DNA from: Paraspadella gotoi
Lineage: Eukaryota; Animalia; Chaetognatha
Direction of reading: 5' to 3'
Assembly: GCA_051294375.1 (NCBI GenBank)
Contig: JBJCIZ010000028.1
Span: 267,108 to 331,107 of the forward strand
DNA length: 64,000 nucleotides
The first letter of the stretch is position 1. Each line of letters opens with the position of its first letter. The position numbers were made by a program, and so were the translations under genes. The notes under the pieces are model-generated. The model had not been told where the DNA came from and searched no databases. It saw nothing but the letters and a program-made list of their open reading frames with translations. Of the stretch, positions 1 to 15,048 are shown in pieces.

Positions 1-910
1 GGCAATTAAATATAATTTATGTATTTTTCCTTCTGTGTTTTGTTTTTAAAATGTGGTCGATGTACAATTGTACATGTTTAAATAATAATTTATAGATAAA
101 TTTAAATGTTTCTTAATACAAAAAAAAATGTTTGCCGTTCACAAAGCAATATATTGAAAACTCTGGTTCAATTAAATCAAATTGTTTTTATTACTCAAAA
201 ATAAAAATAAACGATTTGAGTTGTTTTTTTTTTCGATCCTCACGGGATTTAAGTCTTTTGTTATGAAAAGAGTTCGACGCGCCCGACAGATTCGCCCTCT
301 GACGAGAATTTTCAAAAACAAAAAATAAATTTAAANNNNNNNNNNNNNNNNNNNNNNNNNAAAAGGCTAACTAGTGATCCATAGTTGACAATTACAAAAT
401 TCGGCTTTAAATGATTTTTGGAGTGTCTTTGGTAGCAAAAGGAAGTTGCTAATGCGAGAGAATGTGGAATAGAGGACGAGTAGAGACGCCCTAACGTGAA
501 AACTAAGTGGTCTTTCTCTCTCTCTCTCTCTCTCTCTCGAAACAAAAGAACAATCGGCGAGATGAAAAATGAGGAAAATAAAAGGATTTTTTGGAAAATT
601 AACTAAATGAATATGACACGATTCACATTAAAATCCAAGATCACTGTAATATACATAAGTCTCAACTTTTTATTCGACAAAATTTTATTAAGATAATAAC
701 CAAAAGAAAAAATGATGATAAAAAATCTTATTTAGGGGACTATCAATTTAAAATACAAATACAATAAACCAAATCAAAATATTTGAAACGTATATAGTAC
801 AGAGTTTCAAAAGAACTGCCGCTTTGCTATGATACATTCAGGCGTTGAGATGGATGCATCTGTCAGGTTTGAACAAAACGACAAAACAAAACGAAAAAAA
901 AAGTTCGCAC

Positions 911-1153
911 CTGTCATCCTTAAATCGCGGCATCCGCCTGATTCCGATAGCTATCCCCTGACTGTCGTCTTGACCCGACGACTTTTCTCTGCCACAAAGG
1001 ATTTTCGGACGAAAGGCAAGTGAATTCAACTCTGTCTCCCTTTGTGACAACTGTCGTCCCGCTCTCCCTCTGGCGTCTCGCTCTCATTCGCGCCGCAAAG
1101 GAGGAAGAAAACGTGGAGCGAAAAAATCGCGAGCAAAAGTCGACACGAAGCAT
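911..1153 (-). CDS. Second copy of cassette V2 (duplicated segment)
   Basis: ORFs 920..1153 and 838..1050 give TKGDRVEFTCLSSENPLW and GIAIGIRRMPRFKDDR. Confidence 0.6.
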
Positions 1154-1812
1154 AGTTATCTATTTTAACTATTCTTTAATTAGTTTAAATTATTTCTGTT
1201 GATTCTTTGTTTATTTTCAAGGTTTTGTTAGATTATAAATGAACATTCTACTTTAAAAAAATCTGAGAGTTCTTCAGAAAGCCCTTGGGCCTCGGTCTTA
1301 GAAAAAAAAAGACAGGTAGAGACATCTGCCGACTTTTCTGCGAAAACAAATGAACTCTAATTGGGACAGATTTGGTAAACAATTAAGGTTAAAAAACTGT
1401 GTCAGGTTGAGAGAGAGCAAATGGTTTCAGAAGAGCAATCATCTGACTTTTCTGTGAATGGCTGTTGGAGTGATATTTGGAATCGCGAGATAATTGTGAA
1501 AATAATTAAGACGAATCACACCAGAGGAAATACTCGTTATAAAATCTCATACATTTAACTGTCATATCAGTGAGAGAACCTGAAAGTAAGAAATAGTTTT
1601 ATGTTGTTTCTTACAACAAAAAATTTGGACATTCCAAGCATAAAACTAATTGAGAGATGAACTTTGAAAAATTTTAGGGACTTTTTTTGGTACATTTTTT
1701 AACAAAAAATCCGCTGGGCTTACAATAAAAAAAACGGACTCCGGGCGGGAATCCAATAAAGACTCTACGTGGCTTCCAGTTTTATGAACCTCACCTCGAA
1801 CTAAACCTTAAC

Positions 1813-2059
1813 CTTTCGTTCTTAAATCTCGGCATCTTCTTCTCTCCAATCGCGATTCCCATCGGCCTGCGCGTCGGCGACCATCTTCAATCCACATCGG
1901 CGTCGCCGAGGAATCGCACTCAGGCACCGCGGAGGCGCCGAGGACGACCACCGACGGGTCGGAAGGACTGCAGGTCGGCGGAGTGATTATTGACAGGAGA
2001 ACAATTGTAAAAATCAAAAATAGAGATGAGGTTAGTGTGATCTTAGATTTGGTATTCAT
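1813..2059 (-). CDS. Second copy of cassette V1 (duplicated segment)
   Basis: ORF 1808..2059 matches 32813..33091 apart from indels and substitutions. Confidence 0.6.
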
Positions 2060-2828
2060 TCTTTTAGTTTTATTTTAGATTTATTTTTTATATTCGTTGG
2101 GGGGGTGTTCTATTTATTGTTTCTTTTAGACAAACAGAAATTTAGTTTTTGACTGAAAATTTAATTTTCTTTCATCAACAAGTACCTTGGTAGGAGATGA
2201 GATTAGACAGCGAGTAGAGGTCCCCCGGGGGAACAGAAAAAAAATTGTTTTAAAAACAAAAGACAAGCGGCGTCAAAGCTTGATTAAAAGTTTTGTCGAC
2301 CAGCTTTGCATTAGAAATTAAATAGCTTCATGTCAATCGAGTTTTAACTACAATCAAAATTAAAACCGGCTGACAAAGCCTCATTGACTTTCGTATATTT
2401 ACTTATTTTTCAAAAGCTAATTTTTCGTGATTCGTCTCGGGGCTCCAATCCGTAACAATCGCGTGACAATGCGTGACAAACGACGTATCAGTACCAAAGG
2501 CGGATTGGATATTGAGTATTTTCGACACTACCGCCGATTGCTAACGATACCCTAAATGTATCTTACTTCGTAGGCAATTAAAAATAATTTATGTATTCTT
2601 CCTTCTGTGCTTTTGTTTTTAAAATGTGGTCGATGTACAATTGTACATGGTTAAATAATAATTTATAGATAACATTTAAATGTTTTCTAATACAAAAAAA
2701 AAATGTTTGCCGTTCACAAGCAATATATTGAAAACCTCTGGTTCAATTAAACTCAAATTGTTTTTATTACTCAAAAATAAAAATAAACAATTGAGTTGTT
2801 TTTTTTTTTCGTCCTCACAGGATTTAAG

Positions 2829-4923
2829 GGAACCCAGTGATAAAAGATATCATAAGCTTAAGGGTCTATCATTTAAGGAATTCGAATGGTGATAGTCATT
2901 AATTTTCGTCCGCGCGGGAAAGTGAGAAAAATTCCCATCTTCTTGTTGCCAATTCGAACAAGGACGAGATATTTATTGGAAAAATGTTTTAATGTATCTC
3001 CCCTAAAGACTGATACCCTCCATTCTCTTACTTTCACTGGGAAGTCATTTTCCATGAATTTGAAGTTTCATTTTTTAATGCAAAAAGCTGAATTCTTTGC
3101 GTTTGGGCCTCCTTTAATAAAGAATTTTAATGTGGTATTATATTTTTCAGATACGCACAGAAAGTACAGAAAAAAAAACCAAATCCCTCTTAAAATTCAA
3201 ACAAGGATGTTATTTCATTTTGATAAACATTTGTCATGGACCCTGAAATTATCTTTCCGGTTTCCTTTGACTCTTTTTCACAACAGATTGAATTTTAGAG
3301 AGGATAAAGAGCGCTTCCCTTCTTCTTATACTTTACTAATGTTAGAGGTTACACTTTGATCAATTAATGATTTGACTTTAAAAGAAACTGAGATTAAAAT
3401 TTTTCATACCTTAGATTTTTATCCATTCCTAATTTTTTTTAAATTTTTTTGTTTTTTGAGAAAAAAAAATATCAGCTTACGAAGTGGCCCAGACGGAAAG
3501 TGATGAACTCAAACATCGTACGGAAAAACTGGACAATTTCACTATAATATGCGTTCTGACACTGAATGTATTGTAAAGTTAGTAAACAGTGAATGAATTA
3601 ACATTTAATTCTGAATCAATTTTTTCAAACAGAAAAACACTACAGTACTACGGCACTAAGGGTACAGAGTACAAAGAGTTTCGTCAGTCGTCTTCGTTTT
3701 GGTTGAAATCATTTGAGTTCTAAAAGTCGACCAGCAAATTTCAATAATTGATAATAAAATGAAATGGCATGTGGATTTTATCATAATTTTTTTTTATATG
3801 TTTTTTCTTTCTCTCTCATCTCTATCTCACTCGTTTATAATAAAATTTATAGGCAATTTGGTTTCAGTTTACAACGAATTTTATTTCAAAGAAACATTCA
3901 AAACGTTTCGTAGGAGTCTACGTCGTTCTTAGAGATCGAGGACAGACTTTTTCATTGAGATTTCGTTCAAATCTGACTACCAAACAATATAAAACGCTCC
4001 TGGTAAACAATTTGGTAAATATCGATGTAAAAACACTTTGATTCCGATCCTGTTTGCACGATCTGAGGAGCTCGCATTTTTTTTTCTCTTGTCAAAATCC
4101 ATCATCCTGAATCAAACACAGCCAGAACAAATAGACTGCTTCTCGATGGAAAAAATTTTACCATCTCTGATTTATATATAGAAATAAAGGGATCTTTTTC
4201 CTTGAAAACGATATAAACGTGACTGAGGTATGTTTCCTGTTTAACAAATGAGGTCAATTTTGAATCCCTTTGGAAAGTGTCTTGAAGGCTCTCAAATTTT
4301 TCTTTACATTTTATTTGTTTTTATTCTTTTTTGATATGAACGAATCATGGTAAAGTGGATTAGTCCATTTGTGTGAATGTTTTATTAAACGTAAAAGTAA
4401 AAGAAGCTAACGACGGAATTCTTAGCACGTTTTCAACCCGGGAGTCAGAGTTCGGAGAAAAATCTTCTAGTTGGCGAAAAATCTTCTCAAAGAAGGGTGA
4501 TTTCCAAAGTACTTTGGTTAATATTTTCCGATATATTTGTGGTTGGATTCTTTGAAACTTAAATATAACAAATTATTGCCATCATTTCTACCTTGGTGGT
4601 ATAAGAATATATTAAAAAACCTCGGGCTTTGTTGTCAGAAGCTTAGTCCTACGTTTCGGCTTGAATGCAAGCTTCATCAGCGTCAAATAATTTGTAAATT
4701 GTTAGCACAGTTTTTTTGTGAAAGAGGAGAGAGAGTGAGAGAGAGTGTAGAGGACTTGCCCCCCCGTCGCAAGTAGGCTGGCTCGTCGTGAGAGAGACGT
4801 AGAACGTAAATCTGACGGATCTCGAAAGTCGTAAAATATCTCGAGAAGAAAAGACTCGAAATGGAACCAAATAATGAGACGAAATTATAGAATGTAAATG
4901 GTAATATAAATCGAAGCAGTTCC

Positions 4924-5008
<85 letters not shown>

Positions 5009-6259
5009 TATCCCCGCTGCTCTGCTGAAGAATTTGATAATACTCTTACTCTTCCCTTTCTCTCTCTTCTTTCTCTCTTCTCTCTTTTTGCTGCGTTAAT
5101 CTTTGTTGGTCTTTTACCCCGCATAAATTTTTTGTCATGGTCTTTGCCTTCACTTTTCATCGTCGTTTTCGCCTTCCGTTTTCGAGATATCGCAGCAGTC
5201 CAGAAGCCACACCCGCCATATCGTCCAGACTCTACACTCGGCGAGCACGCATTGTCGAATCCGATCGCTCAGACCCTACTCCTAACTCCCTGGCCGCGCA
5301 GATCCTCGCAAGACGATGTCATCTGCCTATTAATCTGGACTCACGACCGAAGTCACCTACAAACGCAATCACCCCCGCGGGACTCTCGAAATGAAGAACG
5401 CGACGAGCAATGTCATGCGATCCGAAACAATAACGCAGTCTGCTTGCTGATGTCAGACGTCGAACCACACCCATTGACCCGCAACTACAATCCCTCGGAT
5501 CTGAACACACTCCAAGTGTTTGTCTTCGTCGTATTTGGCTCCGTCATTCATCTCGAGTTAGTTTCTGCATGACCAACCGCGACACGCATTTTCGTTTCAT
5601 ACGTCTTCTGTTGTTCGTTACTGTACATCTCGTGTGTCTGTCGTCTCTTCCTGCTCGTTCGACTCAGCTGCGCTCTGACGTACTCACGACATACATCCTT
5701 TTGGATCCATCTCTGTGTGTGTCTGTATTCTAGCACGCCTTTGCATCATCTGTTTTTGTTTGTCATCGTCATCATATACGATGCTCGATCCACTTTTATC
5801 GGTCGACGTGTCGGCGTGTTTTTGTTTTTTTATCCATTTCTTCGTTTTCGCGTCGTTTTCGTCTCTCCTTATTCTAATGGTTTTTGTCTTTTTCGTTCTT
5901 TTCGTACGTCATTGGTCGGATTTCAGAATTCAATTTTAGTGTAAAGTTTGGAAATAAAAAGGAAATTCGCCTAATACCATCTTTACCGTGAAAAAAACTC
6001 GCAAAAACTCTTAGCGAGAGAGGAATAGTGTCTCGCCTCCTTACGAATTTTAACACAAAAATAGGCACGAGACCACGGTCTCCACGTAATCACTTAGTAT
6101 ATACCCATAGCCTATTAAACTCTTTTCCCACACTAGAGAAGCAAGAATTACCACTTACTTCTTTGAGTGTTACCATGACAGACATTTTGGTTATAGTACT
6201 GCACAGACTGGATCTCAGTCCTTTTACATCCCCCCTGATCACTCTGCGAGTGCGTAGGT
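2829..6259. other. ~3.4 kb insertion relative to the 33950 copy; repeated at 12869-16299
   Basis: GGATTTAAG|TCTTTT..GAAAAGAGTTCGAC is contiguous at 245-280 and 33944-33980 but split here. Content not identified. Confidence 0.6.
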
Positions 6260-6459
6260 CTCTTTTTCATGAAAAGAGTTCGACCGCGCCCCGACAGATT
6301 CCGCCTCAAACAATGTGACAACGAGACACTAGACTCCAAAAACTAAATATCCACAAAGCTACGAATATGTGAGTCAGATGAGCGTTTTTGCGTAGGACTT
6401 TTAATTTTATTTTTTACGATCATAGTTTCAAGTTTTGTGAGAGAGGAAGAGAGAGAAGA

Positions 6460-9400
6460 CCAGCTAACCCCTACAAACTCGCGAGCCATCAGCCCGAGAG
6501 TCATAGACGTACTACTGCACTCGACGCTATTATTTGAATTTGAATTTGAAGTGTGTTCCCAATGGGCTTAGGCCAACAAAAGTCAAAAGCGCGTACACAC
6601 ACAACCTGTTTAACGCATTTTAGGCATCACTCCATGAAATTTACTACAATTTGAACCACGACATATAATAGTCCACTGATATTTTCATTTTAATACTACG
6701 CATAGCCCATCCGCGTTCCGAAGTGAGAGAGAGTTGGATTCGTTGCTGTACAACTCGAATTTTACTAAGGTAACTGACCTCTCGAAGATTCCTCTCCACA
6801 TACCATCAAATAGCCTCTTAGTCCACGACTCATCGTACTTACAGTGTGGCCTACCGGCTAACTCATCTAATCATCAAGCAGCCAGTAGGAGTATGCTAGG
6901 AAATCTAATCTAAAACACCATCGGTCTCACATAGTATCTCGAACCCCTCGACGAGGTCAACACGACTATGAGGGAGCACCTGTGTACGAAACCCTATTAC
7001 CACGGACTGACAGTTCTAATAACTCAGCACCACCGACTTAGATCTCCGCAGAGCTACACTATCCGGCGAGACCAAAGTCTATTGATTGCCACAGAATACT
7101 GCACACATCATCTCACATTTCCTTTTCATCCAATATCCAAGCATCAGTAACGTGAAATGCTCCAAGTCAAGTTTTTATCAACTTATACACCCGTAAAAAC
7201 TTTTAGATCTACACCACACTGGCAACATCATATTTTTCTACCAAAGTACATAGCTCTCTACTCCTAAAGTTCAAAAAAGACATTAAAAACCTTCGCAGTT
7301 GTATTGAACGTAACTATGATTAAGACCAGTTAGCATTCTAATTGCGACTCCACTAAAGATCAAACAATCCACGGCATCTACGCACCATTACTTCAAGTTT
7401 ATCTGAGTATGATCGATAGGCGCGTGGGGCGTGCGTCATACTAGGCATCTCTACTCTCCAGAAACACAAAGACATGTGAAGTCGATCTGCAATATTGTGA
7501 AGCACACTCTCACAACCATCGAAGTGAAGCACCAACCTTGAAATGCAAGGGTTTGTATCGATGAGGGAGCCAATTATGTGTATCCTACGGATCTTATGAT
7601 ACTTGGATTATATGAGGTCTGGCGCTATTTACATACTTGTTGATATATTCAGTTTTATGATTGTATGTATATTGAATACTAATGCACTTGAGGAGTTCAA
7701 GGATATTTGGGTTAGGTCACCGACGAGTAAATTAGCAAATCAAATATAATTATCAACGATCTTTGATATAGATCCTGATTCATATCAATTCTATGGTTGA
7801 GTATATCTACCATACACAGCTAAATCTAATCAAATCAATCTCTCGTCAAATTTGCTCATCCTCGAATGTAACGAGACGCATGCTGATCTTATATTATGCT
7901 AGAAACCTGAAGTTTAAGAAAGACGATATTTACATTTTATACCTCTTTAGATTAATTATTCTCGATGATGCTCTAAATTAGTCAATCTGTTAAGTGGTAT
8001 ATCCTGATAGCAGTCACAATATGCCCAGATGTTTCAGAAGGCCTTGCCCCCTTGTATATGGCTGAGACACCGGTAATTTACTTCGTATGCATGTTATTTA
8101 AGTACGCCCGACAGTTACCACAAATAATTATAAAGAATAGGTCCGCTATCACGGATAATACAAAACATACTTGCTAAGAATCTATATCCATTGAACTTTA
8201 TTTCCGGCTCATCCCACACTTTCCTAGCCCACATACAAAATCGCCCCCATGACTTCAGAGTAATCGCCATTTTCAAATAGTGGGAAATTATATTTTACAA
8301 TGAACTATCCACCGCGTCCAGCAAAACACCACCAACACCACAGACTACAAGTGACAAGTAAATGGTTCACCTCTGGCTTTAAACATCTGCGGAGAGTCTG
8401 TCCATTAATCGGACAATGTTTTCAGGGGCAGATCGCCTTTTCGATATCCTGATTGAAGAGAATTTCTTGACCTGCAGCTTTTAACATCGTAATTAGTCCC
8501 GGAAGAATAACCTTTCAAGAAGTTTTTCCGAGAACAGAACCAAAAGGCTAATGGGTCGATAATTTCGGAGTTTGTAGCGGTCTTTACCACTTTTAGGAAT
8601 CCATACGAATCAGGGCCAGTTTCCCCCCACACATCGGGAAAGTACCCAAAAACGACAACAACTTTCATATATATGTTGCAGAGTCCACAAGCTTCTATCG
8701 GCAAATTACGAAGCAGAGAGTGGTTTTACATATATCTACCCCAGCTGCAATCTTATCTTAAGTGTTTTGATTATATTCAATTAGGTTTCCATATCTGAGA
8801 GCATCTTTAATAAAAAGAATTCAAATCAGGGTCATATTATCTTTTTGATTGTGGCTGGGTGACATGATGTGCATAATCCCTCGGCGACAAAATTTTTTTT
8901 TTTTTTTTATATTTGCCCATGTCTTCTTTTCTGGTGGAACCGGTGAGGTTGCCCTAACATACCTTCTAATTTTTCTGCAAAAACTTCGAGGTAAGCATTG
9001 TCCTCTGCTACTGATCATCGGCACGAAGTAGCATGCATCTGGTGAGAACTTGAGAGAATAATTGGTTATATTATTGATCATTTCCATTTTTTCGCAGCGT
9101 CTTTTTCAGAAAGTATTCTTTTTACTTTCATATTTGTTAGTGTTCCGCTAAACATCGTTTGTTTGCATATTTTAACTTTCGGCAGATGTAATTATATTTT
9201 TCCTTTTTTGATGTAGGTGGAGCTGAAAAACCATTTTTTCTGTAATTGCAAATTTTTCGAGACATTCTTCATTTTCCTTTTGACAAAGGGTTTTTGCGAC
9301 TTTATGTCTATTTTTATGCCATTTTTGGTGAAGGTGGGTTTTTGTACAGTACATTTGTATAAGAATTAATGACATAAGGTTTGAATAAGGTTTCGATCTT

Positions 9401-9668
9401 TTTATCTAATTCATTGGTATTAGAAACACATCGTTTTATACAGTAATTTCATTTTAATGTTTTCGCGAATTTATTCCAATCTGTAGTTTTAGAGTAGCTT
9501 GGTGTGTTTATAATATTTAAAGGTAAAAAGTCGTAGAATGGGCAAATGATTGATCTACGTCATCTAGGACCGTACTGGATTCAATCTTTGTGACAGACTG
9601 GACCCGTCGTAAGACGATATCCAAGACATTTGCTTCACCATTTGACTTACTAATGTATTGTAGAAATG
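6460..9668 (-). mobile_element. Insertion with degenerate non-LTR (LINE) reverse-transcriptase remnants; repeated at 16500-19708
   Basis: Absent from the 34140-34160 copy. Minus strand shows TGPD..FLK...EIIDPL...YRKGD..PEN (8405-8704) and VSAIY..KAF (~8035-8070), in the order of LINE RT motifs PGPDG, KKGD..NYRPI and AIYLDFSKAFD. Confidence 0.5.
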
Positions 9669-10950
9669 TAGAGAGAGAGAGGAGAGGTTTCTCGTTTGAC
9701 AAGAAAAAGAATTCGGATAAAAGGAGATGAGGGGAGGGGAAGGAGGAGGAGGAGGAGGAGGAGGAATTGAAGCAGGAGGTCAAGGACGTAGAGAGACAGA
9801 CAGATGCACATATATACATACAGACAAATAGCGTAATAGATATAGAAAAATAAGTTTTAAATACAGTTTGTGAGAGAGAGTTTAGATTGTTATGAGCTTG
9901 ATACTAAAAAAGAGATACAGGTTGACACTTAACTGTTGTACTAAAGCAAGTTTCAAGAGATAGATAGATATATAGATAGATAGACAGAAAGAAACACAAA
10001 CTGTACCACAGTACAATCAGTTTCTAAGAATCACTCAAATTTTAATGACCCTAGCAGGCACGCAGCATAAATTTAAAAAAAAATCTCGTTTTAAAAATAA
10101 TAAAAACTTTCTCAGCAACTCACTCATGCGAAAAACCCTCACCTTTTCCGCGTTCAAGGACGACGACGGGTAAGCGTCTCTCTCTCTCTCAGCCTTACCT
10201 TTAGGTAAGTCTACTTTTCTGGAAATCGTCGTCGTCGTCGTCGTCGTCGTCGTCGGTCTCGTTATAAAAGAAGCGACGCGTCTGGGATTCGAACCCTCAA
10301 ACTTCAGGATTAAAATATGGGAAGATTTTTCGGTTTCATCGTCGTCGTTTTCGTCGTCGTCGTCGTCGTCGTCGTNNNNNNNNNNNNNNNNNNNNNNNNN
10401 AAAAGGCTAACTAGTGATCCATAGTTGACAATTACAAAATTCGGCTTTAAATGATTTTTGGAGTGTCTTTGGTAGCAAAAGGAAGTTGCTAATGCGAGAG
10501 AATGTGGAATAGAGGACGAGTAGAGACGCCCTAACGTGAAAACTAAGTGGTCTTTCTCTCTCTCTCTCTCTCTCTCTCGAAACAAAAGAACAATCGGCGA
10601 GATGAAAAATGAGGAAAATAAAAGGATTTTTTGGAAAATTAACTAAATGAATATGACACGATTCACATTAAAATCCAAGATCACTGTAATATACATAAGT
10701 CTCAACTTTTTATTCGACAAAATTTTATTAAGATAATAACCAAAAGAAAAAATGATGATAAAAAATCTTATTTAGGGGACTATCAATTTAAAATACAAAT
10801 ACAATAAACCAAATCAAAATATTTGAAACGTATATAGTACAGAGTTTCAAAAGAACTGCCGCTTTGCTATGATACATTCAGGCGTTGAGATGGATGCATC
10901 TGTCAGGTTTGAACAAAACGACAAAACAAAACGAAAAAAAAAGTTCGCAC

Positions 10951-11193
10951 CTGTCATCCTTAAATCGCGGCATCCGCCTGATTCCGATAGCTATCCCCTG
11001 ACTGTCGTCTTGACCCGACGACTTTTCTCTGCCACAAAGGATTTTCGGACGAAAGGCAAGTGAATTCAACTCTGTCTCCCTTTGTGACAACTGTCGTCCC
11101 GCTCTCCCTCTGGCGTCTCGCTCTCATTCGCGCCGCAAAGGAGGAAGAAAACGTGGAGCGAAAAAATCGCGAGCAAAAGTCGACACGAAGCAT
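10951..11193 (-). CDS. Third copy of cassette V2 (exact duplicate of 911-1153)
   Basis: Identical ORFs at offset +10040. Confidence 0.5.
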
Positions 11194-11852
11194 AGTTATC
11201 TATTTTAACTATTCTTTAATTAGTTTAAATTATTTCTGTTGATTCTTTGTTTATTTTCAAGGTTTTGTTAGATTATAAATGAACATTCTACTTTAAAAAA
11301 ATCTGAGAGTTCTTCAGAAAGCCCTTGGGCCTCGGTCTTAGAAAAAAAAAGACAGGTAGAGACATCTGCCGACTTTTCTGCGAAAACAAATGAACTCTAA
11401 TTGGGACAGATTTGGTAAACAATTAAGGTTAAAAAACTGTGTCAGGTTGAGAGAGAGCAAATGGTTTCAGAAGAGCAATCATCTGACTTTTCTGTGAATG
11501 GCTGTTGGAGTGATATTTGGAATCGCGAGATAATTGTGAAAATAATTAAGACGAATCACACCAGAGGAAATACTCGTTATAAAATCTCATACATTTAACT
11601 GTCATATCAGTGAGAGAACCTGAAAGTAAGAAATAGTTTTATGTTGTTTCTTACAACAAAAAATTTGGACATTCCAAGCATAAAACTAATTGAGAGATGA
11701 ACTTTGAAAAATTTTAGGGACTTTTTTTGGTACATTTTTTAACAAAAAATCCGCTGGGCTTACAATAAAAAAAACGGACTCCGGGCGGGAATCCAATAAA
11801 GACTCTACGTGGCTTCCAGTTTTATGAACCTCACCTCGAACTAAACCTTAAC

Positions 11853-12099
11853 CTTTCGTTCTTAAATCTCGGCATCTTCTTCTCTCCAATCGCGATTCCC
11901 ATCGGCCTGCGCGTCGGCGACCATCTTCAATCCACATCGGCGTCGCCGAGGAATCGCACTCAGGCACCGCGGAGGCGCCGAGGACGACCACCGACGGGTC
12001 GGAAGGACTGCAGGTCGGCGGAGTGATTATTGACAGGAGAACAATTGTAAAAATCAAAAATAGAGATGAGGTTAGTGTGATCTTAGATTTGGTATTCAT
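11853..12099 (-). CDS. Third copy of cassette V1 (exact duplicate of 1813-2059)
   Basis: Identical ORF at offset +10040. Confidence 0.5.
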
Positions 12100-14963
12100 T
12101 CTTTTAGTTTTATTTTAGATTTATTTTTTATATTCGTTGGGGGGGTGTTCTATTTATTGTTTCTTTTAGACAAACAGAAATTTAGTTTTTGACTGAAAAT
12201 TTAATTTTCTTTCATCAACAAGTACCTTGGTAGGAGATGAGATTAGACAGCGAGTAGAGGTCCCCCGGGGGAACAGAAAAAAAATTGTTTTAAAAACAAA
12301 AGACAAGCGGCGTCAAAGCTTGATTAAAAGTTTTGTCGACCAGCTTTGCATTAGAAATTAAATAGCTTCATGTCAATCGAGTTTTAACTACAATCAAAAT
12401 TAAAACCGGCTGACAAAGCCTCATTGACTTTCGTATATTTACTTATTTTTCAAAAGCTAATTTTTCGTGATTCGTCTCGGGGCTCCAATCCGTAACAATC
12501 GCGTGACAATGCGTGACAAACGACGTATCAGTACCAAAGGCGGATTGGATATTGAGTATTTTCGACACTACCGCCGATTGCTAACGATACCCTAAATGTA
12601 TCTTACTTCGTAGGCAATTAAAAATAATTTATGTATTCTTCCTTCTGTGCTTTTGTTTTTAAAATGTGGTCGATGTACAATTGTACATGGTTAAATAATA
12701 ATTTATAGATAACATTTAAATGTTTTCTAATACAAAAAAAAAATGTTTGCCGTTCACAAGCAATATATTGAAAACCTCTGGTTCAATTAAACTCAAATTG
12801 TTTTTATTACTCAAAAATAAAAATAAACAATTGAGTTGTTTTTTTTTTTCGTCCTCACAGGATTTAAGGGAACCCAGTGATAAAAGATATCATAAGCTTA
12901 AGGGTCTATCATTTAAGGAATTCGAATGGTGATAGTCATTAATTTTCGTCCGCGCGGGAAAGTGAGAAAAATTCCCATCTTCTTGTTGCCAATTCGAACA
13001 AGGACGAGATATTTATTGGAAAAATGTTTTAATGTATCTCCCCTAAAGACTGATACCCTCCATTCTCTTACTTTCACTGGGAAGTCATTTTCCATGAATT
13101 TGAAGTTTCATTTTTTAATGCAAAAAGCTGAATTCTTTGCGTTTGGGCCTCCTTTAATAAAGAATTTTAATGTGGTATTATATTTTTCAGATACGCACAG
13201 AAAGTACAGAAAAAAAAACCAAATCCCTCTTAAAATTCAAACAAGGATGTTATTTCATTTTGATAAACATTTGTCATGGACCCTGAAATTATCTTTCCGG
13301 TTTCCTTTGACTCTTTTTCACAACAGATTGAATTTTAGAGAGGATAAAGAGCGCTTCCCTTCTTCTTATACTTTACTAATGTTAGAGGTTACACTTTGAT
13401 CAATTAATGATTTGACTTTAAAAGAAACTGAGATTAAAATTTTTCATACCTTAGATTTTTATCCATTCCTAATTTTTTTTAAATTTTTTTGTTTTTTGAG
13501 AAAAAAAAATATCAGCTTACGAAGTGGCCCAGACGGAAAGTGATGAACTCAAACATCGTACGGAAAAACTGGACAATTTCACTATAATATGCGTTCTGAC
13601 ACTGAATGTATTGTAAAGTTAGTAAACAGTGAATGAATTAACATTTAATTCTGAATCAATTTTTTCAAACAGAAAAACACTACAGTACTACGGCACTAAG
13701 GGTACAGAGTACAAAGAGTTTCGTCAGTCGTCTTCGTTTTGGTTGAAATCATTTGAGTTCTAAAAGTCGACCAGCAAATTTCAATAATTGATAATAAAAT
13801 GAAATGGCATGTGGATTTTATCATAATTTTTTTTTATATGTTTTTTCTTTCTCTCTCATCTCTATCTCACTCGTTTATAATAAAATTTATAGGCAATTTG
13901 GTTTCAGTTTACAACGAATTTTATTTCAAAGAAACATTCAAAACGTTTCGTAGGAGTCTACGTCGTTCTTAGAGATCGAGGACAGACTTTTTCATTGAGA
14001 TTTCGTTCAAATCTGACTACCAAACAATATAAAACGCTCCTGGTAAACAATTTGGTAAATATCGATGTAAAAACACTTTGATTCCGATCCTGTTTGCACG
14101 ATCTGAGGAGCTCGCATTTTTTTTTCTCTTGTCAAAATCCATCATCCTGAATCAAACACAGCCAGAACAAATAGACTGCTTCTCGATGGAAAAAATTTTA
14201 CCATCTCTGATTTATATATAGAAATAAAGGGATCTTTTTCCTTGAAAACGATATAAACGTGACTGAGGTATGTTTCCTGTTTAACAAATGAGGTCAATTT
14301 TGAATCCCTTTGGAAAGTGTCTTGAAGGCTCTCAAATTTTTCTTTACATTTTATTTGTTTTTATTCTTTTTTGATATGAACGAATCATGGTAAAGTGGAT
14401 TAGTCCATTTGTGTGAATGTTTTATTAAACGTAAAAGTAAAAGAAGCTAACGACGGAATTCTTAGCACGTTTTCAACCCGGGAGTCAGAGTTCGGAGAAA
14501 AATCTTCTAGTTGGCGAAAAATCTTCTCAAAGAAGGGTGATTTCCAAAGTACTTTGGTTAATATTTTCCGATATATTTGTGGTTGGATTCTTTGAAACTT
14601 AAATATAACAAATTATTGCCATCATTTCTACCTTGGTGGTATAAGAATATATTAAAAAACCTCGGGCTTTGTTGTCAGAAGCTTAGTCCTACGTTTCGGC
14701 TTGAATGCAAGCTTCATCAGCGTCAAATAATTTGTAAATTGTTAGCACAGTTTTTTTGTGAAAGAGGAGAGAGAGTGAGAGAGAGTGTAGAGGACTTGCC
14801 CCCCCGTCGCAAGTAGGCTGGCTCGTCGTGAGAGAGACGTAGAACGTAAATCTGACGGATCTCGAAAGTCGTAAAATATCTCGAGAAGAAAAGACTCGAA
14901 ATGGAACCAAATAATGAGACGAAATTATAGAATGTAAATGGTAATATAAATCGAAGCAGTTCC

Positions 14964-15048
<85 letters not shown>

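Noticed and set aside
5132-5984. Cluster of overlapping ORFs inside the 3.4 kb insertion
   Set aside because: No recognisable motif or splice structure; likely degenerate or error-rich sequence.
10275-10310. GGGATTCGAACCC (reverse B-box; also ~20402, 34877, 55648) as a tRNA gene
   Set aside because: No cloverleaf or A-box could be built; at most a tRNA-derived SINE fragment.
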